63,437 nucleotides of DNA, filler included, from Licmophora abbreviata (GCA_900291995.1; 19 parts of 19 records of this genome joined end to end with filler, not necessarily neighbours in it); one strand, 5' to 3'. Shown: positions 46,818 through 59,179, counted from the whole stretch's first letter. Program-made: numbers and translations. Notes: generated by a model not told the origin, from the sequence alone.

Positions 46818-48242
46818 ATTTTTCCGACAGGCTAGACAGTTCCCGCAACTGTCTCTGATGCACATTTTACACTTTCCACAACCCCTCTTTAACAGTTGAC
46901 GCGGATTTAAAGCCTCGTTTGGTACTCGTGACAACGGATCCCACAACCCCACCTCCGAATAGAATGTCTGCTTCAAATCAGCAATGGAGATTGGAAGCTG
47001 AGAAAAGAGTTTCGGGTTGTGGTTCGCAGCAAATTGGACGCTAAGACACAAAGAGTCGAGTTGAGCTAAGGCAGGAAAAGCAGGGCGGGCGTCGACTGAA
47101 AACCTACCATTTATAGCGTCTTCCATTGGGAGCTAGAATACGAAGACCTGGCTTCGTGTCAGGAAATGCTGTTCTATACAATCCATCTTCTTTCCAAGTG
47201 TCAGTGAAGATATATTTCCAGCCCTCAGGAAAGTTGACAGCAGGCTGTGCTTTCTTCTCTACCGGTATTTTTGCGCACATCTGAAAAAAAGCGAGCTCGA
47301 GATATTGTAAGGCAGCGAAAAAATAGGCGTTAAGGTTGCAGTTCAATGAGCAGAAGTGCAATTACCTTCTGCACACAGCATTCCACGTCGGTGGATGACG
47401 AGGTGCCTTTGTTGCGAAGGCATGATGCACACTTTCCACACTCTGGCCGATTGCAAAGTGAGCACTCCGCGCATCGCTGCATGTACAATTGACGGGTGTC
47501 GTAGTTAGCGCACAATCTTCTACCCGAGACATGATTCTCGCTACTTTCTGCATTTCGTGGCCTCTTGGCTGAAGGCGAGCCCCAGTACAAGATTGAATCC
47601 TTCCCACTCCCCCCAGGGTCGGTTTCGTTGTATTGCTCCATTTCAAAGGCCGTAAAAAACTTGCTTCGGGGAACTTCTTCTAGCTTGTCATTGTCGTCAA
47701 ATTCAACCTGTATAGACGAACGTCCCGCATTAGTTTTCAGCTTTTGACTCAAACAAAAGTGCCGGAGGGCCTTACTTACCGAGTAGCAATCAGAACGTGC
47801 ATGTCTCTTTCGAAACACTCTGCTGATTTTGCCCCAATGGTATCCGAAATTCACGCCTTCCTCGTCCACGTACTCACAGTACACGCGAGTTCCGGCACTA
47901 ATACTACCCGATATCCTGGCCTGACCCCCTATTCCACTAGACTTTTTCGCCACAAGAGAGCTTGCAGTGAAAGCTTCTGATTCGCCTGAATCCGATTTTG
48001 CGTCGGAGCGCTCGGTTATCTCCGGAGTTCCACAGAATTTTTCAGCTGAAGCTTCGTTCACTGCACTATCGACGCTGCCCAGCTCATCGTTTTTTCTACT
48101 GATTCTCGAATTGTCACCTGAGCTATGAACCGAGGTGACTTCATAGGGACCATGATGCTCGCATCCAAATCTCCAGTTCCTTTCCGAGCTGTTATCCGAC
48201 AAGTCGCCATCTTCAACCTTGTTGTCTTCGATAACAATCTGA
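46818..48242 (-). CDS. Partial chromatin protein: Tudor-like + CXXC zinc finger + MBD-like + CXXC; introns 47779-47708, 47365-47281, 47107-47041
   Basis: Tudor-like 'GTRVYCEY...YHWGKI...YSVEFDD.D..E.V'. CXXC fingers 'RCAECSLCNRPECGKCASC' and 'GCGKCKMCIRDSCGNCLAC'. MBD-like 'FPEGWKY...ILAPNGRRYK'. Both ends fall in gaps. Confidence 0.7.
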
Positions 48243-48477
48243 NNNNNNNNNNNNNNNNNNNNNNNNNNNNNNNNNNNNNNNNNNNNTTAATTAATTAANN
48301 NNNNNNNNNNNNNNNNNNNNNNNNNNNNNNNNNNNNNNNNNNCAGTCAATACTTCGAAATACCCACGAAATGAAGGGACGCCATTCCCGAGTCCCTGGTA
48401 GCTTGACAAGATGGCAGAATTACAGTACTTCATGCAATCATTCATCATTAGAATTGCAGTCATCACACTAGCACAAC

Positions 48478-49729
48478 ATGATGCACTGGTGGAACACGGC
48501 ACCTGCTGGCATGCGTTGCATGTCCTTTTACTCAGGATGCTTTGCCGTTTTGCTCATTCTTTTTACTTTCAATCATTCGCGTCTCAATAATGCAATCGAG
48601 ACCCAGGCAGCGATGAGAGTGACAATATTGCCGTTGGCTGAGAAAGATACACTATCGGAGCCTCTACTCACTGACCCGCGTAAAGGATCCCTTAGAGCGC
48701 AGATTATGTGAACTGCTAGACGATGTGAGAAAGAAGTGTGGCTCACTGTGCTCCTTGAATACGTTGGATGCCGTGAAGCAGCACAGCGTTGAAGTAGCAC
48801 ACTTGAAGAATAGAACTCGAGTCCAAGTTCCAGTTGACTGCCCGTCGTTGATGGATACTACCATGGAGAAGGTGGAGGAGATCATGAATGCTGGTGACTC
48901 GTTCGTTCCTCTCTCGATATCCGAGGAGCTGAGAATGATGTATACCCTTGGCGACGCTGTCAAAATGGATGATGGCAGGAACAAGAACAACACGGCTCTT
49001 TCGAAACAGTCCCATAGTACTATGAGACGCAAGACACTCCCAACGGAATGGACCATGCAGTACATGGAGAGTCTCATGGAACTGTCCAAGAACAGTACTC
49101 TTCCTGGACCACAAGGGATGGATGCCAGTGCGCATGTGCGCGACAAGATCTCAAAACTACCAATTCAGAACACGTCGGTTCTTGTCATTGGAGCGAATAG
49201 CGAGGAGGTTCCATGGCTCGAGGCCATTTGCATGTCTCTGGGCGCTCGCAGGGTAACTACCCTGCTCGAGGATCACTATTCTTACGATGGCTCTACTACA
49301 ACTATTCGTTCCCAACACCCCCGTGTTAGGACTGAAACACCTGCTACATTTCGCTCCAAGACAAAGGCCGGCAACTTTTTGGAAGAGGAAGCGTTCGACA
49401 TTGTGGTTTCGCACTCATCACTTCAGCCGCAGCATTCTTCCGGTCCAGAAAACGAAGACGCAACAGCAGCATTGAATCCATGGGATGACGTCTTACGTGT
49501 TGCCCGTGCATGGTGCGTCTCCAAACCCGATGCGTATCTCTATATGGGTGTACCAACGGGGCAGGAAGACTCGATACATTTCAATGCACCACATGTCACC
49601 AGCAGGATCTACGGCCCAGTCCGATTGCCTCTGTTGACTGCCAACTGGGAACCCATGGAAGAGAGTATCGAGATTTCGACAAACGGTGGTGTCTCGGGGC
49701 ACCTGTTTCGAAAAGCATCCGCCAAGTAG
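48478..49729 (+). pseudogene. DUF268-like (methyltransferase-fold) type II membrane protein with a frameshift near 48709
   Basis: 'VLVIG...PWLEAIC...GA..VTTL', 'FDIVVS.SSL', 'LNPW.D...VARAWCV.KP...LY.GVP.G.D.I.FNA...RIYG..R.P.L.ANW'. The TM-encoding 5' ORF (48478-48711) is out of frame with the main ORF by 1 nt. Confidence 0.6.
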
Positions 49730-50349
49730 ATCTGAAGTATTGTTATGACTGATAGTTACAAGGTATGCTACAACTGCAGAGGGTCTAGCACCGGTAAGGG
49801 AGTAGTAGACCCCCAGTCTAGATGGCATTCATTGAATTCCATGGATCACCTAAATGTAGTCGAAGAAGTCGTGTTGTCGTGGCGCGAAGACTCCCAAACA
49901 ATTTCCGTTCTGTACAAGAAGTACACAAGTGTACATACGTGAACTTCAGTAGAATCCTACCAAAAGATACCTCCAATGCTCGAACACGAAACCAAACGTT
50001 GTCCACAAAAAGAGCAAAAAGCAACACAGAACTCATTCGTACCTGGTACATACCAAACTCGAAACCGCCACCACCACCATGTCGTCGTCAGGCGTCCTGT
50101 TCAGGTCCTCCTCCCCCTCCTCCTCTTCCGGAAATGCCAGTACTGTCGCAGCCGTAGCGGGAGCGACGCTCGTAGCAGTGCAGCTGCTGACTCCGGCCGA
50201 TCCAATTGGCCGCTGCCTTGTCTTTCTCAAGCAACTACGTGGTCATGTGNNNNNNNNNNNNNNNNNNNNNNNNNNNNNNNNNNNNNNNNNNNNTTAATTA
50301 ATTAANNNNNNNNNNNNNNNNNNNNNNNNNNNNNNNNNNNNNNNNNNNN

Positions 50350-51271
50350 CATGATGAATAATCCAAACGGACAGCAGTCGAATGGTGCCACGACGAATGC
50401 CACCACTACTGGCTCGAGCGGAGCGACGGGAACGGCCATGCCGAATCCGTGGAGTAGCGGCACTGCGTCGTCGGCCAACCGCAGCAGCGCTCCTTCTTCC
50501 TCACTACCCGGAGGCAGCCCTGCCAATCCTTGGGGCAGTCTCGCTGGTGCCATGCCGCCTCCGAATAACATGATGGGAGCAAACAACAGTCCTCAACAAC
50601 TCGAGCAATACCTACAAATGATGGAGAACCCCGTCATGCAGCAAATGATGGATCAAATGATGACCCAGAATCCAGAAATGCTTCAGCAGCAGATGCAGTC
50701 CAACCCCATGTTCCAGCAACTTCAGCAGCAAGATCCCAACATGGCGAATCTCATGTCGAATCCAGTCTTTATGCGACAAATGATGAACCCACAGACCTTG
50801 CGTATGGCCATGCAGATGCAACAACAGATGGGAGGTGGCATGCCGCCTGGGAGCAGTATGACTCCTCCCAGTACGGGCGCAGCAGGAGGACTTGACTTTT
50901 CGTCGCTCTTGTCGTCGTCATCGTCATCGGGTGCGGCACCTGCCATGCCGCCATTTGCATTTCCAGCAAGCAACAGCGTGCAGCATCCCGCCGATCGCTT
51001 TCGTCCTCAGCTGCAATCCTTGCGTGACATGGGCTTTGACGATGAACAAGCAAACTTGCGTGCCTTGCAGCATCATCATGGTAATTTGAATCGCGCCGTC
51101 GACGACTTGATCATGGGCAACGTGCCGCCAGGAGTGACTACAGATGCGACAGGCAACACGACGGAAGCGGCAAGCAGCAGTCCAGATGCGGCAAGCAGCA
51201 GTCCAGAAGAGGGACCACCAGCGGCCGAGGATACGGCTCCGAAGGACTCGACGGAGAAGAAGAACGATTGA
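50350..51271 (+). CDS. DSK2: Ubiquilin/Dsk2 (STI1 + UBA), 5'-truncated by a gap
   Basis: 'PNPW' motifs, Met/Gln/Asn-Pro STI1 repeats and a UBA domain 'RFRPQLQSLRDMGF.DEQANLRAL....GNLNRAVD.L'. A 21-bp tandem duplication (AASSSP x2) lies in the tail. The ORF start at 50079 may belong to it. Confidence 0.88.
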
Positions 51272-51702
51272 TGAGTAAGAGAAGTAAGTACTACAGTAGT
51301 AATGGAATGGAGTATGGTAGTACATGTTGCATCGATGAACTTTGGTTTCTTTGTTTCTTAGCTGTGTTTGTGTGTTGGTTGCACGCCACTCGGGACTCGA
51401 CTCGAATGGGTCGCGAGTCGAGTGAGTCGAGTCAGTCGACCCATCCAAGTTCGAAAGTAGGTCATGAGCCACTCCACGAGCAGCGCAAAACTCCAAAACC
51501 AAACTTTGAAAATCGAAANNNNNNNNNNNNNNNNNNNNNNNNNNNNNNNNNNNNNNNNNNNNTTAATTAATTAANNNNNNNNNNNNNNNNNNNNNNNNNN
51601 NNNNNNNNNNNNNNNNNNTTCCAGCCGCATTATGCAAAGGACGAAGCGCAGATGAAAGAGATCATCAGTTAGACGTGAGGTAGTATTGAACACCATAGAT
51701 GT

Positions 51703-53945
51703 ATGATGAAGATCCTCCTGGTGCTATTGCTTTGGTCGTGGAGAAGCTGCTGTTGTGGCTCGTTTCAGCAACATCCGCATCAGCTCTGCTGTGGGAGGAG
51801 GAGATCACTGCCTGTCACCGGGGGGCGCATCGCCCGTCGCTTGCCTCATCGTTCGGTACTGCAGAGTACACTCGATGCGTCCTCTTCCATTGTTGATCTC
51901 CTACATGACTCTCTTTCCAAGCAGGACGAACAAGTGTTCACAATTTCGCATGCCTACGTGACCGCCAAGCGTTCCTTCGGAAGCTCCCTCGCATTCCTCG
52001 ACTTGATTTCAAGCAACACTACTTCATTTCAGGCTTTACTGAAACGAGATGTCTACCAGGGGTCGCACTACGAAGGGTCGAAAAAGTGTCTTTTTCCAGG
52101 AACAATGGTGCAGCTGCAGGGCATCGCGGCTCCCACCAGGAATCCAGGAGAAGTAGTCTTGTTGATACAGGAATTGACTCTGTTGGAGGTCCCACGACAA
52201 CCGCAACATGTACGCGCTATACTAAACCTTGGACAGGAGGGATTGCTACCACTCGAGGAGATTGCGGCGGCCTGCCACATGTCTACTAGTGACTTGCGGG
52301 AGAATTTGTTCACACTCCAAGATCCGCAAAACAATCGGCGCCACAAGGCACTAGCCAAGCATATCGTTTCCAGTATGCCGGTGGCGGAGGGATTTCTGGA
52401 ACAGATGTTTTCGGGGAAGAATAACGAGCGACGGGCGTTGCCTGCTGCGCCCAACAGTGTACGATTGCCACACAATCATCCAGAAGTGATGATGCCGATA
52501 GAGACAACAACACGCTCGGTGGAAGCTGTCAAGCAGATGTTTACCGGTGATTCACCATCATCATCATCGTTTGCAATCTCGACCCTTGGTCATGTCCAGA
52601 ACCGACGACGTTTCGAAGGGAACATTACAATCATCAATTTGGTCGATGAGCTTTCAACGAATGTCGATGACAAATCTAGAGTTGTCGACGACAGACGGCT
52701 CGAGTGCATCCTGCATCCGAACTATCTCCAAGAAGACAGTAGCTTCTATGGAAACTTACTGGCAGTTGGTTGTAAAGTTTTGGTGGAGGGAATCCCGTCA
52801 CTAGAAGAAAGAGGTGATACGGTGAATACTGGCCATGACATAGGCAGCCAGCGACAAAGACGCTTGTGGGTGAACAAAGTTCGTTTGCTCCGCTTGTCGT
52901 GGCGACCCATCACTATACGGTATGCACTGGATCTCTTGCATGAAGGTAGACTGTCCGTCAAAGAGGGAGCAGAGGCTTTGCAACTATCATCATGGGCGGA
53001 AGCGGAAGCGCTCTCCGAGTTGAGCGACTTGACTGAGCGTCAATGGAAGGCAAATGAGATTTCGGCCAAACTCCAGTCCGCAGCTTCTCGCGTGGGAATA
53101 CTAGACCCGAACGTCCTGAGCGTTCTGGACAACTTCTCCGACGCAAGAAAGCGATGGCCACTGTTGGAAACGCAAGATCCGGAACTTGACCCGAAGAGTC
53201 TTCGTCTACAGGAGAGTCTTCCTGGTAGCAAGTGGCAACGAAAGAAACGACCGCAGCTCGAGTGGATGGTTACGGAAATAGCACAAGTGGCACAATCGCA
53301 TCCAGAATTCGGCACTCGAACGATTCATGTTCTCNNNNNNNNNNNNNNNNNNNNNNNNNNNNNNNNNNNNNNNNNNNNTTAATTAATTAANNNNNNNNNN
53401 NNNNNNNNNNNNNNNNNNNNNNNNNNNNNNNNNNCCAAGTCCATGTGGTGGATATCGCCAAGGGTGCCATTGCCAATGGAGCTATGCGAGCGCGACGACT
53501 GCAGCTGAGTGTCAACTATCGAGTTGCGGATGCGGCTGCGTTGAACAACATAGGAGAACCCATCGACATTGTCGTTGCGCTGCACGCATGCGGGCATCTG
53601 AGCGATGTTGCCTTGGCACACGCGGTCGAGAACAAGGCCTCTTTCGTTATTTGTCCGTGCTGCTTCTCTTCGAATCGTCACTTGCGGATTCCGAAAAGTA
53701 GAGAGACTGTGGAGGACTTTCTTGGGATCCCGGCTGCACAGTGGAGTGCCTTGAAGCAGGTAGCAGAAGTCCAGGGTGATTCCCGTCTGGCCAGCAAAGC
53801 GATGCATACCATCTGTGCCATACGTGCCGCGGCAGTGACGCGCAAACTCTCATCTAACAGACCATGTTCCATCCAAATCAAAAGCTTTCCGATTCAATAC
53901 TCGACTCGGAACATATGTTTGGTCGGAACGACGAGTGCGTTGTAG
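51703..53945 (+). CDS. Two OB folds + Methyltransf_32-like SAM-dependent methyltransferase; spans the linker at 53335-53434
   Basis: Signal-like N-terminus. OB folds 'YVTAKRSFGSSLAFLDL...QALL' and 'GHVQNRRRF...ITIINLVD'. Then 'KKRPQLEWM', and after the gap 'VHVVDI', 'IDIVVALHACGHLSDVAL', 'FVICPCCF' and 'STRNICLVG'. Confidence 0.78.
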
Positions 53946-54640
53946 CTGCCGCGCTAAAAAACCTCATACTAAGGAACAAGCTCTAGCACCTGATACCCCT
54001 AATATAGAGCATGTTACAATTCTAATCTGACCGACACGACACAGTGATCTGCCAAGAATTCTTTCTATCTATCCACCCCAATTCATCATGATGATGGTAT
54101 AAAGTCTTCACCCTCATTGCAATTCATTGCAGCACTGTTACTTCTTCTGGCGTCATTTGTATTCACATTATAATTGCTTTGCTCCAACAGAGGATCTCGC
54201 CACTCCTCTTTTCCTACTATACAGACCATATACAAATGAAAGGATAAACGCCCCATCACAATGACTGATGTTGCCATGCCATAAGTTCGCGTTGTGATGC
54301 CATCGCGAGAAACCGTCGCTCCCATGATAATAAATATTCAGGTACGTATACTATTCTATCCACTTTTCGAAATTCGATCCAAAGATTCGGTCCCAATTTG
54401 TATCATAGCGACGATGATGAGCGATGCGGAATACATTGATGTAAACGTTTCGTCGAGTCGTCTTTGCTCTTGTCGTTACGCTGCAGTGAAAGAAGACTAC
54501 GCTTGATTTCCGCCCCCTTCTTTGGTAGTCGTAGTATCGTTTCGATCGAACTTTCTCGAATTGGTGCTCACGCTGCTACATACATGCTACAGGAAAGAAA
54601 CACACATTGTCACATCACAGAAAAATATAGGCCAAGAACG

Positions 54641-55411
54641 ATGAAGTCTGTCGCTCAAAAGCCTCGACGTCGCTATTCGACACTGCCTACCGGTACTTCN
54701 NNNNNNNNNNNNNNNNNNNNNNNNNNNNNNNNNNNNNNNNNNNTTAATTAATTAANNNNNNNNNNNNNNNNNNNNNNNNNNNNNNNNNNNNNNNNNNNNC
54801 TTGATCGCACCATGGAGCTGGACTTTGCCTTTCTCTTTGTGGTCAATGTAGTCACCGAGACATCCATTCTTCTCATTTGTGGTGGACGGGAACTGGCCCT
54901 AGCCAAGACGGCCTTTTTGGAGGATGAGACAATCAACAGCCCCGCTCCAAAGAACGACAACACTGTTCGATTGCAAGAGGCAGTTCCAGGAATCAGGGCA
55001 CCCGGGTCGACAATCACACCGGAAGAGACCGCCATGGTCTTGCCCAAAGGCTACGTCAGCCGCAAGGCCCAGTTTGTCCCCGCCTTCTTCAAGGCTATAC
55101 AGGATGACTTTGAGTACGAAGACAAGGGACCCGTTTCGGAGGCCAGTGCAGAAGAAGTCGACCACGTAGGGGAGCTCCGCGCTGCTCAAGTACAGGAGAA
55201 GCTCGTCATAAGTCGTAGTACACAGAAACCAAAGCGTCGGCAGAGTAGTTTGCGTCAAAGCTTCAAGACGAGTGCCATGGAGATGCTCATCTTTCGGGAG
55301 GGTACACTGGACGAGGAGCTCGTCAAGGCCAACGAGGATAAGGTGCGAGAGCGCCGTGGAGACCTATACGACAGCCTCGGCAAAATCGTGCGAACGTATG
55401 AGTACGAATAA
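54641..55411 (+). CDS. DHH-family phosphoesterase with a DHHA2 domain, family II (Mn-dependent) inorganic pyrophosphatase-like; middle lost in the gap at 54700-54799
   Basis: 'LDFAFLFVVNVVTETSILLICG..E.ALA..AF ... LPKGYVSRKAQFVPAF' matches the PpaC DHHA2 C-terminus (LPGVVSRKKQ.VP). ATG 54641 is the probable start. Confidence 0.65.
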
Positions 55412-55479
55412 TTAATTGTTGTTTGAGAAGGAATGATAGCATGTAAACAAACTTTCATCATTGTGCATCCTCCATTTGA

Positions 55480-56628
55480 CTAACAAGGACGTTGAAATCT
55501 TGGAAACGGACGCTGCTCCATCTCTGGACCAGGATTCTCATCCAACAATGCATATAGTGCTGTATTGAAAGGCTTGAACACCGTGTCAGCCAGCCACGTT
55601 TGCACAGAACACGACGGAGGCACTACACTTGATTCCGGTTCACGCCGATTGTGCCGCCCTTCTTTCGTATCTCCATATAACAGCAAAGGAGCATTGCCGA
55701 GACCGAGGAATTGGTGAATGCGACCAAACATGGCTTCCGGATCAGACTTGAGCTCATCAAAGGATAAGAGGAGTATCTGTTTGGGTCGATCAAAGGCTGC
55801 AAACCAACGCTTCAGATGATGGACATAAAAACTACTAGAAATGTCGCCGTCATGTTGATGATGATCAGGTCCATCTTCTCCATCATTCGACAACAAAAAC
55901 GTGCGGTTCATGACTTGTGCAAAAGTCCATTCCGTCCCGTCCGGCTTTTGTACCCTTTTCACCGCAGACGGAGTGGCAGCGTCACCTCGAACATTACGAA
56001 TCAGCTTGTCATACTCGGACATTTCCCTCGCTACCGGTTCTCTGAGAACAATCAAGATTTTCAATTCCAGCTTGGCTGACGTACCACCAGGACAATCCTG
56101 CTGCCGCTCGTCGTCCTTGTAGAGCTGCTCCACTCGGTCTGGGAATGTCAAGTAGTCTGATGTAGCATCGATTACGTACTTCTTCATTTTGCTGCTTCTC
56201 GTTGCACCGCAATGCTCCCAGAGACTACGATAGGCGTCAACTCCTTGGTGAAAAAGTTCATTGTCGTCAAAAAAGTGAACTTCCTTGTAAGCATTTTCAT
56301 GATTTCCATCATCGTCAGAATTCTTGTTTCCCGTGGTTGTTCCTGATTGGATTAGTTTGGGTCTAGGAGTGCAGAGATCTGCATCATGTATGGCGTCGAC
56401 TAGCCAGGAGTATACAAAGTTTGTACCGGCCTGTGGTGCTCCTGCCAAGAGAATATTTGGAAGTGGCCCACTATTACTGGTAGACTCCTCTGCAGTCGAG
56501 TAAGAATCAGGAGGAAGAAACTTCCACCACCACCAGGAAGGACGACTGTCCTTCTTGTAGTACAGGATGGTCGTTAGAATGAAAAAAAGAACCAAGAGGC
56601 CCAAGACGAACATGTTGCGACGATCCAT
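55480..56628 (-). CDS. Golgi-type sulfotransferase (heparan-sulfate 3-O-sulfotransferase-like fold)
   Basis: N-terminal TM, 5'-PSB loop 'PNILLAGAPQAGT', 'KEVHFFD', 'DATSDYL', 3'-PB 'ILIVLREPVAR..S.Y', and 'Y..HLKRW...F...QIL'. Confidence 0.82.
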   Translation of the reverse strand: MDRRNMFVLGLLVLFFILTTILYYKKDSRPSWWWWKFLPPDSYSTAEESTSNSGPLPNILLAGAPQAGTNFVYSWLVDAIHDADLCTPRPKLIQSGTTTGNKNSDDDGNHENAYKEVHFFDDNELFHQGVDAYRSLWEHCGATRSSKMKKYVIDATSDYLTFPDRVEQLYKDDERQQDCPGGTSAKLELKILIVLREPVAREMSEYDKLIRNVRGDAATPSAVKRVQKPDGTEWTFAQVMNRTFLLSNDGEDGPDHHQHDGDISSSFYVHHLKRWFAAFDRPKQILLLSFDELKSDPEAMFGRIHQFLGLGNAPLLLYGDTKEGRHNRREPESSVVPPSCSVQTWLADTVFKPFNTALYALLDENPGPEMEQRPFPRFQRPC

Positions 56629-57033
56629 TTCATTGCAAGGCACAAGAGATCTCCTATGAAGATGGTTCCTACTACTGAATCATACTAGAACGATGCTTCT
56701 AGCTCCTTGGCGTCGTCTATGATACTACAGTACCGGTACTCTTTCGCTCCACCGTCAAAGAGTGCCCTACCGTCGGTATTTCCCATGACCGGTCGTCATG
56801 TTCCATGTGTGTGTTGAGTTTTGGATTGAAAATTCGCAGACAACGCGATACACACGCGTCTCGTACACTTCTTAAAAGCAATGTCAGACAAACGAGCACA
56901 TGAGCAGAGCCGCGGAGGAGGGAACCATTGAAACGTAGAGTGGAGATAGGAGATATGCTATGAACTATGCTCTGCTAGTGCAGCCACTGCAGAGACTTGA
57001 GACTGCTAGCCCTTCCATTCGATTGGATTCGAT

Positions 57034-57783
57034 TCATCCTTCATTCGCTTCATCCGTCAGTTGCCATTCATCCTCCACGACGACATCAATAATTTCCGGA
57101 ATCCGATTCATCAAGTAACTCTTGACACGCTTGAGTACCGTCGTGCGCTCATGCCAAAATCGCCCCTTCAAGGACAGTAGCACGATGGGACCATCCAAGT
57201 CGACAAAGTCCACACCCCCGGTAATACCAACACCCCGATTCTCTGCAGAGTAACCAAAGAGCGTACCGATTTCGGACCGACAGGCGCTGAGAATGCCCAA
57301 GACATTGTCTTGGGAGAGTTCTAAAATGGAGCCTAAACAAAGGAAGGAAGGAAGGAAGGATGAATGTAAAGCGCACATATCATCACTGTGTCATTTTCAA
57401 CACTTTCTAATTCGACTCGACTCACCTTGAGGCACCATGATTGGCTCGGCATCCATTTCGATCGTGGGCGCCTCGAGCGTCGCTCCAACTTGTGCCTTGT
57501 ACTCTTGGGAATCATTTTCTTCGGCATAATCTCTCGTATCGACGGGGGGAGCATCATCGTCGTCATCGTCGTCATCAAAATCAAGAGCCGTAAAGTCAGA
57601 CCAGTCGGACAGAAATAGTGCACTGCTACTTCTAGTAGAAATACCAGTATGTCGTGGTTGTCGTCTTGTTGGTACAAGAAGAACAAAACTTGTAGCGACG
57701 TTCCTCGGCGACAAGCCCAACAGGAAGCATGTCATCCATACGGATGATGTCCACAAGAGGAATGATACGGATGATGATTGCAT
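57034..57783 (-). CDS. Plastid-targeted NifU-C/NFU-like domain protein; exons 57783-57426 and 57332-57034
   Basis: Signal peptide ending ATS|F and an acidic linker. NifU-C-like 'LEL..DNV...L...R......G.V.FVDLDGP.V.L.LKG...V...L..RIPEI..V'. Intron GTGAGT...TAG. Confidence 0.75.
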
Positions 57784-58087
57784 AGTGTGCACAACAGCCA
57801 CGACGGTGCGTTGTGAAAGAGTGAATGTTTGTTGTGGCACCACTCTCTCTCTCACGACCAACGTCACTCCAAGGACCCGGACTTTCACATCACTACGAGG
57901 TACCGTTCACGGAGCTCGCGCAATTCGAAACACTCCAAACTAAAAACAAAAAACAGAACCACGTTCCAAACTTCCAACTTGGAACTTGCGCCATCTGCCA
58001 ACAATCAGACATACAATGACACAGCAACATTCACACTAACAACAAGCACAGAACAGATCCATTCTCTATTTGCCATCGCTCTTCCGA

Positions 58088-58971
58088 ATGACCACCCGCA
58101 GTCCTTCCGTAGCGCACAAAGAGAAGGAGGCTGCTACTAACAGTACTAGCAGCCATCGCTGCCTGTCTCTCCTGCCTCTGGACCTCTTGCGACTCGTCTA
58201 TTCTCATCTCCACCTCCAAGAGGCCCTGAGTCTTCTTTGTACCTGTCGTGGCATCCTGGAAGCATCCCGTATCGATGCCTTTCGTTACGTATTTCTATTC
58301 CACAACGACATCAAAAGTCGCAAGTTTGTTCAAATTCAAGACAAGACTCTTGCTCGACTCTGTGCCAACACTCTACACATTCTACGAACGATACTACTGC
58401 GAAACTGTCTGCCGCAACAACAACGACTACTACTTCTGGAACGTCTGCAGCGCCACTTTATCTACAATGACAATGGTTCTGCCTGCGAGTTACTCCTTTC
58501 GCATTGCAGTCCTACTACTACTACTACTACGAGTCTCCTTCATGACTTGGAGTGGGCCTTGCGACGACACGGAAGTCACAGTACCGTCGCAGCAGTCTTG
58601 CAACGTAGTGACACGCGTATCGAAGCTTTGATTCAAACNNNNNNNNNNNNNNNNNNNNNNNNNNNNNNNNNNNNNNNNNNNNTTAATTAATTAANNNNNN
58701 NNNNNNNNNNNNNNNNNNNNNNNNNNNNNNNNNNNNNNGTCAAAAGGAACAGTGTCCCGCATGTGTGCGGAATAGTGCTACACTTCTACAACAACCGTGT
58801 AGCTACTGTCGGCAAGACTGTTGTTGTGGAGTGTCGTGTCTCTTGTGTGGCAAGGTGGCGTGTCGGGACTGCCAGCAAACACAGGGAACCTGTCGTTCGT
58901 TTTGGAATTATTCAAATCATTATCATCATCATTACGATGATACGAATTGGAAGTGTATGGAGTGTTTGTAA
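58088..58971 (+). CDS. F-box protein with a Cys-rich C-terminus; spans the linker at 58639-58738
   Basis: F-box 'LSLLPLDLLRLVYSHL.LQEALSLLCTCR'. After the gap, 'CPAC...CSYC...CLLCGKVACRDC...WKCMECL*'. Joining across the gap is inferred. Confidence 0.55.
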
Positions 58972-59179
58972 CCAAGAGAACGTACAGACCTCTGTTTTTG
59001 TTTATACACTGCAATCATCACGGACTAGACTCTTGCTTGTGTGTGTGCTTTGTTCTCTACTGTTTATAATTCGACCATCCTAATCGTACACCGCCTAGTC
59101 TACTCGAGTACTCTTGCCGTTCGTTTGTTCATTCGTTCGTTCGTTCGTTTCATGCACATGCTATGCATCCGATCGATTC

